NCBI GenBank assembly: GCA_030770535.1
Contig: JASVEC010000002.1
Span: forward strand, 806,001 to 870,000
Source of the DNA: Batkoa obscura
Lineage: Eukaryota
Reading direction: 5' to 3'
DNA: 64,000 bases
The first letter of the stretch is position 1. The number at the start of each line of letters is the position of its first letter. Below are positions 13,004 through 27,400 of this stretch, in pieces. The notes beneath the pieces are model-generated. The model was not told the DNA's origin, made no database searches, and saw nothing but the letters and a program-made list of their open reading frames with translations. A program made the position numbers and the translations under genes.

Positions 13004-16000
13004 ATGAGCCACAGTAAAAAAGAGAGTGGAGGGAAAAGTAGTCATCTATCGAAATTCAATCCAATCCCTTATCTGTTAACGAAGAGCACTTCCAGTACTA
13101 AAGAAAGCAAAAACGGCTTGGATAAGTTTGCTACCATTGGTGATAAAAATAGCAGTTTAAAAGCAATAGGTATGGACTCTAGGAGTACATTGAACGGTAA
13201 CAGCCCGTTTTTGGATCAAAAGAAAGATTACAGTACTGTAAAAATTAACCCGTTTTTAGCAGCGGAGAGCCATGATAGTAATAATAATAGTTTAAATCGG
13301 AGCTATACATTGAACTCAAGGAGCATGAGTAAGGTTAAATCACTAAATAATTTGAAACAAGAGGTGGGAGACTTGAGTAAAAATCATTCTTTAAATGCAG
13401 TTAAAAAGGATAAAATTAGGCCGATCAAATCATCGTTTTTAAAAAACTCAACAAACACCTTTTCAAACATGTTTCCAAAGATGGATTTTTTTAGTAAAAG
13501 TAACTCATATAAAGAAGAGACTATGATCGCAAGATCCATCTCAGAAAATATCAAAAATGAGGAAGAAGAAACAGGTAATTGATTTTCATTATTATAGAGT
13601 ATTAAACAAACCTTATTTCAACTAATTATTAGCGAAAGCAGAGTTAATTGCGAGGTCAACTTCAGAACAAATATTTACAGAAGAGCCATGCGATGAGTAT
13701 GAGGATGAGGAACCCTCAATCTCTTATTTGAATGACAACTCAGCTTATGAGTGGATCAATCAAGCTTTAACACAAGATTCGGATATCTATTCAACAAAGC
13801 AAGTATTCGTTTATGGGGCTTTATTTTCCGAAGTATCATATTATTTTTATGAATATTTATTTCATCAAAGTCAAAATACGTGGCCCAAACTATTTAGTGG
13901 CAGTGAAGCAATAGTAAATTTAATTTTAGTTTAGTTTAAAAATTAATCAAATGTTAGGACACAATATGTAAAATCATTGACCAAACAGATCGAAGATTGG
14001 CATTGATGATAGGGAGGTCTTTAGAAGCTCAAGGTTTTATTTACCATACAAACCACGAAGCAAAATTGACAGATTCTACATATGAAATTTACCAATTAGA
14101 TATAAAGTTAGAAAATAAAAATTTAAACGAAGCTAAAGCAGTGCTACCCAATGGGGTATTTACTTTATTGACTGAGTGTTATTCCCCTACATGTACAGAT
14201 GATAATAAGTGCTACTCAATATCATGTCCTAGAAAAGTCAATCATTTAGGAATGACTATTCATGATAATCATGATCATAATCAGACCAGTGATAAGAAAA
14301 AAGAAAAAGTAAATTTATTTATAAATGCTTTACTATTATTAATATTTTAAAAGTTATGGGAAAATTTCGTTGAGCCTGAAATAGTAGCTTCGGTATCAGA
14401 TAAAGAAAGAAAAAGACAAGAGATTATCTTTGAATTAGTATATACGGAATTGGACTTTGTATCGGATCTGAAAGTAATCCAAGAGGTAATCTAAGATAAT
14501 AGAAAAGTATTAGCATTGTTAAATATACCTAGGTCTATCTGATGCCGATCCATTGTGAAGATATTATAGAAGATGAAGAGCAACGAAGCAGTTTTATTGA
14601 AGAAGTTTTCTTGAATGTTTTGGAAATCCAAAAGGCCTCCTTTGAATTATCTATGGCTTTAAAAGAGTTACAAGAACAGCAGCCTGTGATTGTTTCAATT
14701 GGGAGATTGTTTTTGGATTATTTGAAGTGCTTTGAACCTTTTAAAGAATATGGCGCTAACCAAGTTTATGCTAAGAGGAGATTAGCTAGAGACATTAAAT
14801 CTAATACAGCTTTGGATGAGTTTCTTAAAGTAAAATTTGTTATTAGCTAAACTAATTATATTAATGCGATTTTCCGTTTAGGAACAAACCAAGCATCCAG
14901 AGTGTAGGAAGTTACCTATACAGAGTTTTTTAGCAAGGCCAACGACTAGATTAGGTCGATATCCTCTGCTTTTAGAAGCCATATTAAAATATACAGAGAT
15001 AGAAAATGAGGATCAAGTTAACTTACCTAAAGTTATACAGGGAATCAAAGATATATTGTCTGAGATCAATATAAGGGCAGGAAAAGCAGATAATCGAGTT
15101 AAATTAGAAGATTTACATTCCCATTTGATTGGAAATCAAGAAATTATTGATGTAAATATTTTTAAAACATCATTAATAGTTAGCTCATAATGTTTTAAAT
15201 AGGAATTAAATTTATTACATGAATCAAGAATATTGATAAGGGAAGGGGTCTTTAAGAAAAAGTTTGGAGTAGAAAATGGAGATCTGCACTGTTTTTTGTT
15301 GGACCACTATTTTTTGATGACTAAGAAGCGCAAAAGTAGTAAAAAAGAAGATGGATTTGAATACAAAATATCTAAAAAAGTAGGGAAACATATATTACTA
15401 GAACAACTATAATATTTACATTGACATTTTTAGCCTATCCGGTTAGACTTATTACACTTACCTGATCATTTGGAAACGCCGCAGAACAGAACACAAGCTA
15501 CAAATACGTTGAGCTTGCCTTTAGAGCAAGGAAAATCTAACTTTCAAATCATTTTAACTCACCTTGGTAAGCAAGGATCAAGTTATACTTTATTATGCAG
15601 TACACAAACAGAAAAGGATGGCTGGAAGAATATTATCCTAGAACAAAGAAACAAAATTTTGTTAAAAAATATGGTGTTCAAGCCTGTGCTCTTGGCTAAT
15701 CCTACCAATTGTAGTGCACCTACAATTAACTGTTCCGCTGTTTATGGTAACTTTTGTTATGAATTATTTTTAATTAGGCTTAACCTACTATCTTAACAGA
15801 AACTAATTGTACGTTGTTGATTGGTTCAGATGATGGGATCTATTCAAAGCATGTAGACCAGGATAGCTTTGAATTGTTGATTAACACAAAGTTTGTCAAT
15901 CAAGTTGAAGTCCTAGAAGATTGTGATTTGTTATTAGTGTTAGCAGGTAAAAATAACATAAGATGATTTATAAGTATATATTTAAAAATCAATATCATAG

Positions 16001-17008
16001 AGCGTATATTATATTATATAACCTTAACTAGTTTATATGGTTCAGATGACAAAAAGGAATTAGTTAAAATCAAAACAAACATTGATTTCTTTTCGGTTGG
16101 TTTGTGTTTAGAAAGGACATTGATATGTGCAGTAAAGTCAACGGCCTTATCTACCACATTTAAAATTTACCAACCCACTAATTCTATTCCTAAAAAAGGA
16201 GCTAATGTCCCAAAATCCTTTTTTTCTACCTTTTCAACTTCTTCCAGCCAGCTAGTTGCTTTTTTTAAAGTAAGTTTTTAATTCAAAGCGTACTTGTATT
16301 AGTTTGTTTATTTTTATTACAGGAGTTTTATATTCCTAGTGAAGCTTTCAACGTTTATTTTTTAAAGAGTAAAATATGTGTCGCTTGTACCCGTGGGTTT
16401 GAAGTGTTAGACTTCAATCTTAATCCACAAAGTAACTTATGATAACGATTATATTTAAGTACATAGTATTAATTATTTCTAGGTTTATTAGATCCTTCAG
16501 ATGAAAATTTAAATTTTGTAATTAATCGAGGAGAAACAGTTAAGCCTATTGCATTTTATAGGATTAAAGATGGTTCTTTTTTTGTTTGCTTTGATGGTAA
16601 ATAATAATATTGTTTGTTTTAGCTATATTAAACAAAATAATTTAAATAGAATTTGGGTTCCATATTGACAGAGCAGGTAAACTAGATACAAATGGACAAG
16701 TGATTAATTGGTATGGTGCGCCCAAATCGTTTGCTTTATGTTATCCATTTTTGATGGCCTTTTCTAACTGTTTTATTGAGGTATGGAATTTGGAGAATTT
16801 TCAGTTAGAACAAACGATATTATCTAACTCAATCAAAGCTTTAAGAACTAAAAGTGATGCTATTCACTATTTAGAAAACCATGATACTTATCAATTAAAT
16901 GGATTGCTTCTAAATAAAACAAACCCTTCTTATTTGGCTTTTAGAAAAGGCCTTAGATCGCAAAGAGTTAATAAAAGGAGAGGAATCGTTGGTAAAGATG
17001 CCCTTTAA
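13004..17008 (+). CDS. Rho1 guanine nucleotide exchange factor, Rom1/Rom2/Rgf family (DEP-DH-PH-CNH), multi-exon
   Basis: FSGSEA..GRSLEAQGF (DEP), LPNGVFTLLTECYSPTC..CYSISCPR, ERKRQEIIFELVYTE and FLARPTTRLGRYPLLLE (DH), CNH C-terminus. Confidence 0.93.
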
Positions 17009-17239
17009 TTTAAATTTAATCACATCCTAAAATACTCACTCCGTCTTTTTCTTCTCCTTTTTTTCCCATCTTAATTTTCACAAACTTAATTTAATAAATA
17101 GTGTTTTTAAATAGCGGTTGTTAAGGTTTAATATTATTGTCATTAAATGAGCTTGGATAATAAAGTATAAGTAAATATTAGATGTTTGAAATCTAGAATA
17201 TTTACAAAATTAATAAATTTAAAGCTTATTTCAATATTT

Positions 17240-17336
17240 GAGGATGTATTTTTTTGGTTAAGGATTTTATTAACAATCTTTTCACTCAAATAGCGCTTAA
17301 AAGATAGAAAAAGTGAAAGACCAAAAAAACATCTTC
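17240..17336 (+). mobile_element. MITE A copy in the MCM7 upstream region
   Basis: TSD attt/attt. Confidence 0.9.
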
Positions 17337-17453
17337 ATTTATTTAATTTTAAATTAAGATCAAAATAAAGTCTTATGATTGGCCTATCACTAAAAACCAA
17401 TAAAAATTTAAGGGATAATTTTGTGCAGCTTGAATTAACTTTTTTTAACAAAA

Positions 17454-19915
17454 ATGTCCAAACTTGCAACGCTTCAAGTAAACGTAAAATATGATGAAGA
17501 ATTAGGTACATTAAACTAAAGAATAGTTAGTAAAGATAGTCTTACTTACTCTTAATTTTTAGATTTAATTTCAAATTTTTTGGAAAAATGCCAAATTAAC
17601 GGTACTTCTAAATTTAAACCTTTGTTAGTAAGTTGTTACTAGCAATTTCATTCGTATTTATTAATCATTCTATAGCAAAAAGTAGCTGACCGCGAGTTGG
17701 ACCAGATAATTGTAGAATTAGACGATATAGCTAAAGTAAATCACAAACCACTTTAAGTAAACTTACAACTCACTTCAACTTTTAGTTTGAAAACAGTGAA
17801 TATGGATTAGCCAAGAGGATAACCGACAATGCCAAGACTTATTTAGAACTTTTTTCCTACATCTTTGATTCTATTTTACCTACACCATCTAGAGTATTAA
17901 ATGTCAAAGATGATGTAGTTGATGTCATTATGGCCCAGCGTCAGCAAAGAGGTGCTGAATCTAATGGGAATGGTGACACCGACACTCAGGAAAATCCTGC
18001 ATTTCCACCACTTTTGACTAGAAGATTGTAATTAAGTTTGAAATTTATTAATCGTTTCTAATATTTCTTAGTACCGTAGCGTTTAAGCCACTATCAAGTA
18101 GAAAAAGCTTAGCTGTTCGTGAGCTTAAAGCACCTCACGTCGGTAAGCTGTTAACTGTTCGTGGTATTGTTACTAGAGTTACAGATGTTAAGCCTTTGTT
18201 GGTCGTAAACGCTTACAGCTGTGAACAGTGTGGTTGTGAGATCTTCCAAGAGGTCAAAAGTAAGACGTTTAACCCATTGATTGAGTGCCCTTCAGAAGGA
18301 TGTAAAAAAAACAACCGAAAGGGTAAGCTTCAGATGCAAACTAGATCCTCAAAGTTTTTGAAGTTTCAAGAAGCTAAGATACAAGAGATGGTAGACTTTA
18401 AAAACTCACTTTAAAAATCTAATATTAATAATCGTTTAGGCTGATCAAGTTCCTGTTGGACATACTCCGAGATATACTACTATACATCTTTATGAAGAAC
18501 TCACCAGAAGTATGAACCCAGGTGATATTGTTGATGTATCTGGGATATTTCTTACAACCCCGTTTAGTGGATTTAAAGCTTTAAGAGCTGGTCTATTAAC
18601 GGATACTTTTTTACAAGCCCAATTTGTATATCAACATAAGAATCGAGCAGAAAATGATATTGATGAAGCAACGCTTGAAAAAGTGGAAGAGCTCAAACAA
18701 GAGCCACTAATCTACGACATACTTGCTAGAAGTATAGCGCCTGAAATTTATGGACATGAGGATGTTAAAAAAGCCCTCCTTTTACTTTTAGTAGGTGGAG
18801 GTACAAAAACAACGGATGATGGGATGAAGATTCGTGGTGATATCAACATCTGCCTTATGGGTGATCCTGGTGTGGCTAAATCTCAATTATTGAAGTTTAT
18901 TACAAAAATTTCACCAAGAGCTGTGTATACCACTGGTAGAGGATCTTCTGGGGTTGGTTTAACTGCAGCAGTAATGCGCGATCCAATTACTGAAGAGCTT
19001 GTATTGGAAGGGGGAGCTTTAGTTTTAGCAGATAATGGTATCTGTTGTATTGATGAGTTTGATAAAATGGACGAAAATGACCGTACAGCTATTCATGAAG
19101 TTATGGAACAACAAACAATTAGTATCTCCAAAGCAGGTATCAACACCACTTTGAATGCACGTACCTCTATCCTCGCTGCTGCCAATCCAGCATTTGGACG
19201 TTATAATATTCATCGTTCTATAACAGATAACATTAATTTACCAGCCGCTCTCTTGTCTCGTTTTGATATGATCTTTTTGTTGCTTGATTTACCTTCATTT
19301 GAGTTAGATAGGAATTTAGCACAGCATGTGACCCAGGTGCATATGAATAATGCTATCCCAAATACAGAAAACGAATATCTTTCACCAGAGGTATTACGTA
19401 ATTATATCACTCAAGCTAAGAATGTCAATTGTAGCATCCCAAAAAATGTAGCTGATGAGATCGTTAGTAACTATGTATTGATGAGAGAAAAATCGGAAAA
19501 TACTAATGATAAGAATAATAATATCATCACTGCACGTGGTTTGTTAGCAATTATTCGTTTATCTTTAGCACTTGCAAGACTTCACTTCAGAGAAACTGTA
19601 GAGAAGGGAGATGTAATTGAAGCTATACGTTTGATCACAGTAACCAAAGCAGGCCTTGAAGAGTCACTCAATTCTCAACGTGGATTATATAACAAAAATA
19701 AGAATAAGGATAGCCAAATTTTTGGAATTATTCGTCGTATGTTTATGGATAACAATCAAGATGGTACCAATAAGTTGAGGATTAAAGATATCTCTGATAA
19801 GGTCACTACAAATGGATTTACAATCCAAGAGTTGAACCATTGCCTTGTGTTGTATAAGGAGAAAAATGTATGGACTATGATAGATAATGATACAAAGCTT
19901 GCTATGATTAATTAA
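17454..19915 (+). CDS. MCM7: DNA replication licensing factor MCM7
   Basis: [49 protein letters not shown]; several short 5' introns. Confidence 0.97.
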
Positions 19916-20330
19916 AAGATCTTTTTATTAAAATTTGTTCTTTAAATAAGTAGTAACTGGGCTTTGTAATTTGATTAAGGTAGCAGTATTTTAATAAAGA
20001 TTAGGCTATATCTTTACTAAGTTACTTTAATTTCCTAAACCGTTTTATTATTTCAAAATTTTTTATTTAGTATTGACTAAATTCCTATTATTTGAATTAT
20101 AAAATATTAAATAAAATAGTTTTTGGATGGTGTTCTTTAATAATACAGCTTGTGAAATAATATACACTTTGACAGTAAATTAGGGTTAAAAGTTGAGAAT
20201 AATAATATAATTTAATAATTAAAAAAGGTAGACAAATTTATCAACCTGATTGAATAAAAGTCAAAGAATCCCAACAAAAAAACTATATGATACATACTTA
20301 ACTCTAAAGCCAAAGGAGAAAAGAGGCTCT

Positions 20331-21049
20331 TTATGTCTTTGCTTTAGGCTTTGTTGTCGAACTAACACCTGCCTTCTTTTGATAAGCAGTTCGAAATTTA
20401 TCTAAACCAAGTTGAAACCGATTTCTAAACGTAATTTGTTCCTTCGATAATTTTAAATCGTGATTTGTACTTAGTACCTTTAATTCCTTTTCTTTTTTAT
20501 GAAACTGAATTTTATAGTTTGCTAATACTCGATTAATCCGCGAAACGAATCTGAATCATAAATAAAATGGAATGTTTTTAAAAATAACTAAGCTTACCTT
20601 TTAGACTGCCAAATATTTTCACTACTAAGTAATAATAAAAACACGGATAATAAAATAAACAACATAAACTTATTCGTTGAAATCCAAAAGGGATCCTATA
20701 AGACAATTTTAGGTACTAATTTAAATCAATCATCCAAAACCTTTACCTTTAAGTTACTAAAATTGATCAACCATAAAAAATAGCCAATAAGGAAAGAAAG
20801 AGCGAATAACATAGCTAAAGAATATTTTATAAATAAATTTAGCTTAATATGTCATTAATAGTCCCTACCATAATACTGCCTCTGTCGAAACTTAAATAAT
20901 TTTAAACTATATTTAAGTCTTTCTTCAAAAATAATAAAATCTCTGTAAGCCACAATATTATCTTTTAAATTCATTTTTGCTTGCCCTGTATCTTCTTTCC
21001 CTTCTCCTTTGGGCTCCTTTTTAACTTGACTCCCTTTTTCTGGTTCCAT
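20331..21049 (-). CDS. SPO7: Spo7-like regulatory subunit of the Nem1-Spo7 phosphatase, 4 exons
   Basis: AYRDFIIFEERLK..RQRQY, two hydrophobic helices, FVSRINRVL and FQLGLDKFRTAY. Confidence 0.8.
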
Positions 21050-21835
21050 TATTTCTCCTTTATTGTTAATTTTTTATAAATCTAACTTTTAAATTAAAAA
21101 CAAACTCGCTGGTTTAAGAATTGAAGAATTTGAATTTAAAATTTAATTTTAATTGCTTATTTACTCAATTTTTAGAAACACGTGCTTGAAACTTAAGTTG
21201 AGATAGGACTTTAAAGATATTATGAGGCTAAAAGCGATATTAAATAAAGATATTGGGAAGAATAGTAAAGGTTGAATTGTTTGGGCGCTGTCTGTTAATT
21301 ATTGTATTAGTATTAATGGATAGCTGGATCAATTTAAATCTAAAATTTAATCTTTTGTGCTTTTATTATACTGAGAAGGTAGCAAAACAATATTAGGCAT
21401 GAAATAATAACATCTGTGAATAGTTTCAGAGCCACACAGAAGTGTTTTTTGTATGTATATAACAAATAAGTTTTTTATAGCTTTATGTTGCATAGGAAAT
21501 AAACAAAACAGTGTAATCAAAAGGTGTTTTCGTACAGATATTATAAAATTCGGGCTTAAAGCAAGCTGTAAATTTTTATTTAATAAAGTTCTTTAACCTA
21601 GGATACATAAAAGTTTAATGAAATAGTCTTACCTCATATTCGTTGCACTACGCTTTTATTAAATTAATTTTATTCTGGCTGAATTTTACAGTATTATTAC
21701 TATATCATTAACTCTTTGGCTTATAAATTATATGGCTACTAAGTAACTGCTAATACAGTTTCCTATTATATAGTAATAACAGAGTAAGGGATTTTTTTAA
21801 GTAAAAATTATTTGCCCAATTTTAAAAATATAAAT

Positions 21836-21933
21836 GGGGATGTATTTCTGTGTTTAAGAACTTTACTAAAAAATTTCCACTCAAATAACGCTTAAAAGAT
21901 AGAAAAAATAATGAAGCCAAAAGAAACACCCTC
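21836..21933 (+). mobile_element. MITE A copy
   Basis: TSD aaat/aaat. Confidence 0.9.
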
Positions 21934-22287
21934 AAATATTGATTAGTTTCTTCAGTATATTGGCAAGATACAGTTTTATTTTATTTTATTTGTCTTTTAG
22001 CTTGAAATTAAAGTTACAAACCAATAATGCTATAACTAAGTAAAAGTTCACCTAACCCAAGCTGCATCAATACTATTTGACAATCGTAAAATAAGTGATA
22101 CTACTTTCCACCCATACATACCCTTGGGACTATTAAAAAGAGTATAGGTTATTTATGAAGCTGTAACTTGCTATTTTAGTAATTCATCATTCTGGTTTAA
22201 ATTTATTGAAGTCTTTCCAATAATTGAGATTGTTTTTAAGACACTCTTTGTACTAGTATTAATAACCACCCATATTGTTTTTGATAT

Positions 22288-22386
22288 GGGGTTGTACTGT
22301 TTTGCTTAATAATCTTACTAATAATTTTTCCCCTTAAATACTACTTGAAAAATGAAAAAAGTGATGAAGCCAAAAAAAACACCATC
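22288..22386 (+). mobile_element. MITE A copy (diverged)
   Basis: Flanks atat/acat. Confidence 0.8.
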
Positions 22387-22637
22387 ACATGTTAATATTT
22401 TTTACTACCAAATCATATAAAAATGACTTTTCTGGAATAAGATAGCTTCAAATACTTTACCAACTTTGAGTACAACTCTAGATAAACCACAAAGTACAAC
22501 TAAATACATCTGTAATCTTTTACATAACGCTGCATGTAGATAGTCACATTTTTTAAATTTAATAAAATTGAATTGATTTTGATCTATAAATTATTTTTTA
22601 TATGTCTTTACAACTTTAAATAGGTCTATGAGTATTT

Positions 22638-22734
22638 GGGGATGTATTTTTTTGTTCAACAATTTTACTAACGATCTTTCCATTCAAATAGCGCTTAAAA
22701 AATAAGAAAGTAATGAAATAAAAAAAACATCCTC
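22638..22734 (+). mobile_element. MITE A copy
   Basis: TSD attt/attt. Confidence 0.9.
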
Positions 22735-23097
22735 ATTTATTAAATAATTTAATAGAAACAAGTAAACTATACTTATAAATAGTACCATGTTAAAGAAGCA
22801 AGCATTGTATTAAATTATGTTATCTTGTTTAACCTATTAACATTATTTACTTTTAATTGTTATTATTTTTGTAAACAAAGACTTAATCATATTATTTATT
22901 TTCTACTAGGTTTTTACAATGATTAGATCAGATACATTTTTTAAAGTTGAGATATTATATTTATCATGATTTTTTCAAGTTTTCAATAAGTTTGTATAAA
23001 AACTAATACATGCTATTACTATTATTATACTGTTACTTAATAAAAATGATTATTTTATAAAGTCATTTTATAATATCAAAATTAGAATATTTTAAAA

Positions 23098-23662
23098 TGT
23101 GAAATCCGGTACTCAGTGATTGGAGTCAAAAGCAGTTATTTCCTGGTTGACTATACTGTAAGTCAATAGGTCTTAGTTTAGGTGACTAAGATAGACTTGA
23201 ATTGTGAATAATATCATGTAATAAACTACAGACTATGTAAGAAAAATAGAATAGACAATACCAGTATAAAAGCTACGTAAAATAATATGGGGATGTTTTT
23301 TTTGGTTTCATTACTTTTCCATTTTTAAGCGCTATTTGAGTGGAAATATTGTCAGTAAAATTCTTAAACATAAAAATACATCCCCATATTAAGAAAACTT
23401 AGTGGGTTTATCAAATGTACGAGATGTCAGGGAATAATTCAGTTAAAAAGCCTCAAGTTACTATGTTCTAAAATCTCTTTTATACTCTAAAAAGTCTAGA
23501 TGTCAAAATGAGAAGATAATATTCTTTGGGATGAAGCTAGAAACTCCCATATCAAATCAAACCAAGAGCATGGGATTGATTGCCCCTGAACTCAGAAACA
23601 TAACAACTTAAATGGTCATTATACTATAATCAACCATGGAGCTGAAAAAGCAATATTTCACA
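23098..23662 (-). mobile_element. Solo LTR with nested MITE
   Basis: Reverse-complement copy of 10738-11201; 464 bp after removing the 101-bp insertion. Confidence 0.88.
23289..23385 (-). mobile_element. MITE A copy nested in the LTR
   Basis: TSD atat/atat; empty site visible in the LTR copy near 11005-11020. Confidence 0.93.
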
Positions 23663-23911
23663 AAAAAACAATATTATTATTTAAGCTGATATTTATCATA
23701 ATTAATACTATAAAAATATAAACATAAAATGCTTAATGTGATTGATAGTCAAACAATAGTCATTTTTTAATATATCAAAAAATTTGTCAAATACTAAATC
23801 ATGATAACTAATTGTAATTTAGACTTTTTTTAGTAGTTATGTTATTATATTTGATTAATTTGATGTTTAGGTATAGTTTTAACTATTTTTTATCACCAAA
23901 TATTAATATAT

Positions 23912-23996
23912 GGGGATATATGTGTTTGAGAATTTTAATAATTTTTCCGCTCAAATAGCGCTTAAGTCATGGAAAGCGAAGCTAAAAAACACTTTC
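23912..23996 (+). mobile_element. MITE A copy with internal deletions
   Basis: TSD atat/atat. Confidence 0.82.
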
Positions 23997-24404
23997 ATAT
24001 TTTATTAACTTATCATTTTCTTTAATAAACTTGTTTTTTAAATCCATATACCTACTACTAACACTTTTATGATAATTCAAATAAATGAAACTGTATACAA
24101 TAGCATGCTTGAAATACAGAAATAGCCTTTTACTTAGAAGTATAATTTAAACAGCTTTTTTGCATACAACTATTTGAAAATCTGGTCTAGTACTACAGCT
24201 TTACCATCTGTAAGCTTTTCTATCACTACCTTAAAGAATAAAACTAAAGGATTTTCTACTATACTTTTGTTTTATTACTTTTAAAAATGCCAATCTTGAA
24301 TTTTTAGCCAATTAAATGCCAATTTTTTTAAAGTTAATTTTTAGTGACTAAGTATTTTTTTGATCATTTTTTATCCAAAGAATTATAATATCAAACTCAA
24401 ATTA

Positions 24405-27400
24405 ATGGAAAGTATATTAAGTAAATGTGGAATAGAAATAGATAGGGAGAATATATCGATAGGCAAGATTCTATGAAGTTTTTTAATGATAAATTAAAGG
24501 TTCTGTAGGTCTGGATTTTGTGTTTGTTAAACAAAAGTTAAAGAATTACTTCGAAAATAATGAAGATAAAGTTTCCGAATTTATTTCCGACTTATCAACT
24601 TATATCGATGAAGACTCAAGATTATTAAAATGTATGTATCCGATTTTAGATTATAAAGAGGAAGTCAATTTAAAGTAAATAGAAATCGCATATTTGAAGG
24701 ATAGTGTCTAATCTTTATTAGTGCGTTTACTAAGAATGATTCATTGATCCAATTATTGTTATCAACATCCATCTTACAAGATGAATTACTTCCATTGCTA
24801 TTAGGAAAATTAGCTGAGATGTGTAATGCTAAGGGAAAGTAATAATTATTTTGTTTATTTGATAGTTAATATAATTGTAGTATTAATATGGATTTAGTAA
24901 AAAGTATTATAAATCAATTTCGTTGGTTAGATCAATTAAATGAGCCTCGAGACTTACTAGAACAGTTAGTATCTGTAAGTAGAATGTTTTTATGATTTAT
25001 TAGTTTGCTAATGTAATTTAGTTAGTTGAAATATGTCCACTTAAAATTCAATATGAAATTATTCAAACATTACCAGAGATTTTTATTGATATAGATCAAA
25101 CAGTAAGGATTTAATTTAAAAATAAAATAACATGCTGATTTTCATAGGATTTATTAGAAAGACTAACGTCACTCGCTTCAAAGAATAGTGATCTATTTGT
25201 CCCAGTAATTGAATGTTTAGGAGCATTAAATATACCAACTGATGATTTGGTAATTAAATTTAATATAAATTAGCTTAGTGCTAATCATTAGTAGGATTAT
25301 ACAGTTGAACTTGTAATTAATAGATTAAATTCAATTGATATAGAAAATTTAGCAACAGCCGTTCAATTTTTATTAGCAAGTTCGAATGAGGAGAATCTAT
25401 TAAAAATGTTACAAAGTATTAGAGAAAAGATTAAGATTGATCAAATATTAAAGTTTCAAATCAATAAAAGCAACATGGAAACAAGTAATCTTAATAGAGT
25501 TGATAATAACAAAGCGAATAAATCCCAATCTTGTTCAATGATTTTAGATACAATCAATTCTTCCCTACTAATTAATAATCAATTAAAGAACTCTTGGATA
25601 AGAACAATTGAATCTATTTATAAACAACATTCAATTTATATATTGGATATATTGGCCTTAGGAATGATGCATTCAATCCCAGCGATGAAGAAAAAAGTAA
25701 AAGAAACTATTAAATCAAAAGTATCAGTTGGAGTAATAACACCTAATTTGATTCAGGATACAATAGAAAATTACCTTCAATTAATACAAAAAAGTACGAT
25801 AGATTTCCTTTCAATAGCCGAATATTTAAATAGAGAAGCAAAGACAGATCACCAGCTTGGGGATATGTCCGTTAAATTGTATACATTGATATTTTTACAT
25901 TCAGATATATTTTTTCGACAAGAAACAGTTGGCTCAATAATTACACATATAGGCTCTGGCAATAAATGGGAAATTGATTATGCCTTAGAAGCTTTAGATA
26001 AAATAACAAAGGAAGATAGCATTGGACTAAGTCAATTTTTAATATTTATTCAAGGTATATTAGATTATTTAGATAAATTATCTTTATCTCAAATAGCCAA
26101 ATTATTTGAAATTTACGCTTCACTATCCATAGTTGAAAAAGCAGATATGAGTGAAGGTGTTTTTTATAATGAATTGAATATAGTTATACGTAAACAATTA
26201 ACTCATCCATCCGAAAAATATAAAGTTATTGGTATAACAGCCTGTATTTCGATGATTAAACAAATGAACAAATTATATAAAAATGAGTTAGAAAATTCAA
26301 CATTATTAGGATCCAGTAAAAATACAATGGATTCAAAAAACTATCCAATTTATTTAAGAATTATTTCCATACTACAATTAATACAAACTGTATGTCCAAA
26401 ATATCACTCTTCTTTATCTTTAACTTGTAATCAATTAGCAGAAATTATAATATCACAAGAATTACATCTTAATATAGTAGAATGGTTATTTGATAATTTT
26501 GCTATTACGTTTTGTGATTTATTTTTATTTGTTAAAAGTGATGATACTAATAAATTTACCTTAATGCCAACATGGCCTAAATCATTTAATATAGTAGTAT
26601 GGGATGATTTAAACGAAACGGAAGGAGATTTAGCTATTAATATCTTACCAACAGTAATAAGTTACTATTATAATCCGCGTGAAAGTATTCATCCAGATTT
26701 AGTGTGTTCTTTATTTAAATTGTATCAGGCATGTGAATATTATTTAAAAAAAAATTTAGATGAAATTGGTAGCTTATTATTGTGTGGTATCTTAATGTTT
26801 AATAAAGAGAATTTGGATGATATTATGTATACGGGTGAAACTGGGCTAGTTGATTGTCTTACTATTAGTTTAATTATTGCTTCAAATTGGTATAGGGAAC
26901 TTATCAATGCTTTTTGCCAATTTTCAGATCCTTTTATTCAATCTAAAATCAAAGAAAGGTTATCGGGTTTAGTTGCATTGGAAGATACATTAAGTAAATT
27001 TATGTTAAATAGGCAACATTTAGCATATACAGGATTTTTTTTAGAATATAATAATTCAAAACAAAATTTACATAATATATCCCCAATTGAAGCTAGAAAG
27101 TTTTTACATCCCTTGGATTTTCAGATTACAAAGTTTATATTTCCAAAAGAATTACCAGAAAATGTAGAAGAATATCCACAATTACAATTGGGAAAAGAAG
27201 AATGTAATTATATTTTAGACAATTTTAAAATTAAGTTGCAACAAAGTTTTTCTGAATCAGAACTAAATTTAAATACAAATTTTAAAGTAAATTATCAAGA
27301 GATATTGCCAATTATAAATGGTTTATGTAATTATCTTAAGTTGGTTGTGTACACTTTAAGTATTGAAGATGAAATTGAAGATAACGAAGAAATATCGTTA

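Larger units (their letters stand above)
21960..24230 (-). pseudogene. Second decayed cytochrome P450 gene, interrupted by MITEs and an LTR
   Basis: Heme motif PRVCMG (22110-22127), YWKDFNKFKPE** (ending 22184), LVIALLVCNFNFKL, KCDYLHAAL..LQMYLVV..GLSRVV; DNA 22465-22637 aligns with 9506-9673; extent beyond 23100 is uncertain. Confidence 0.75.
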
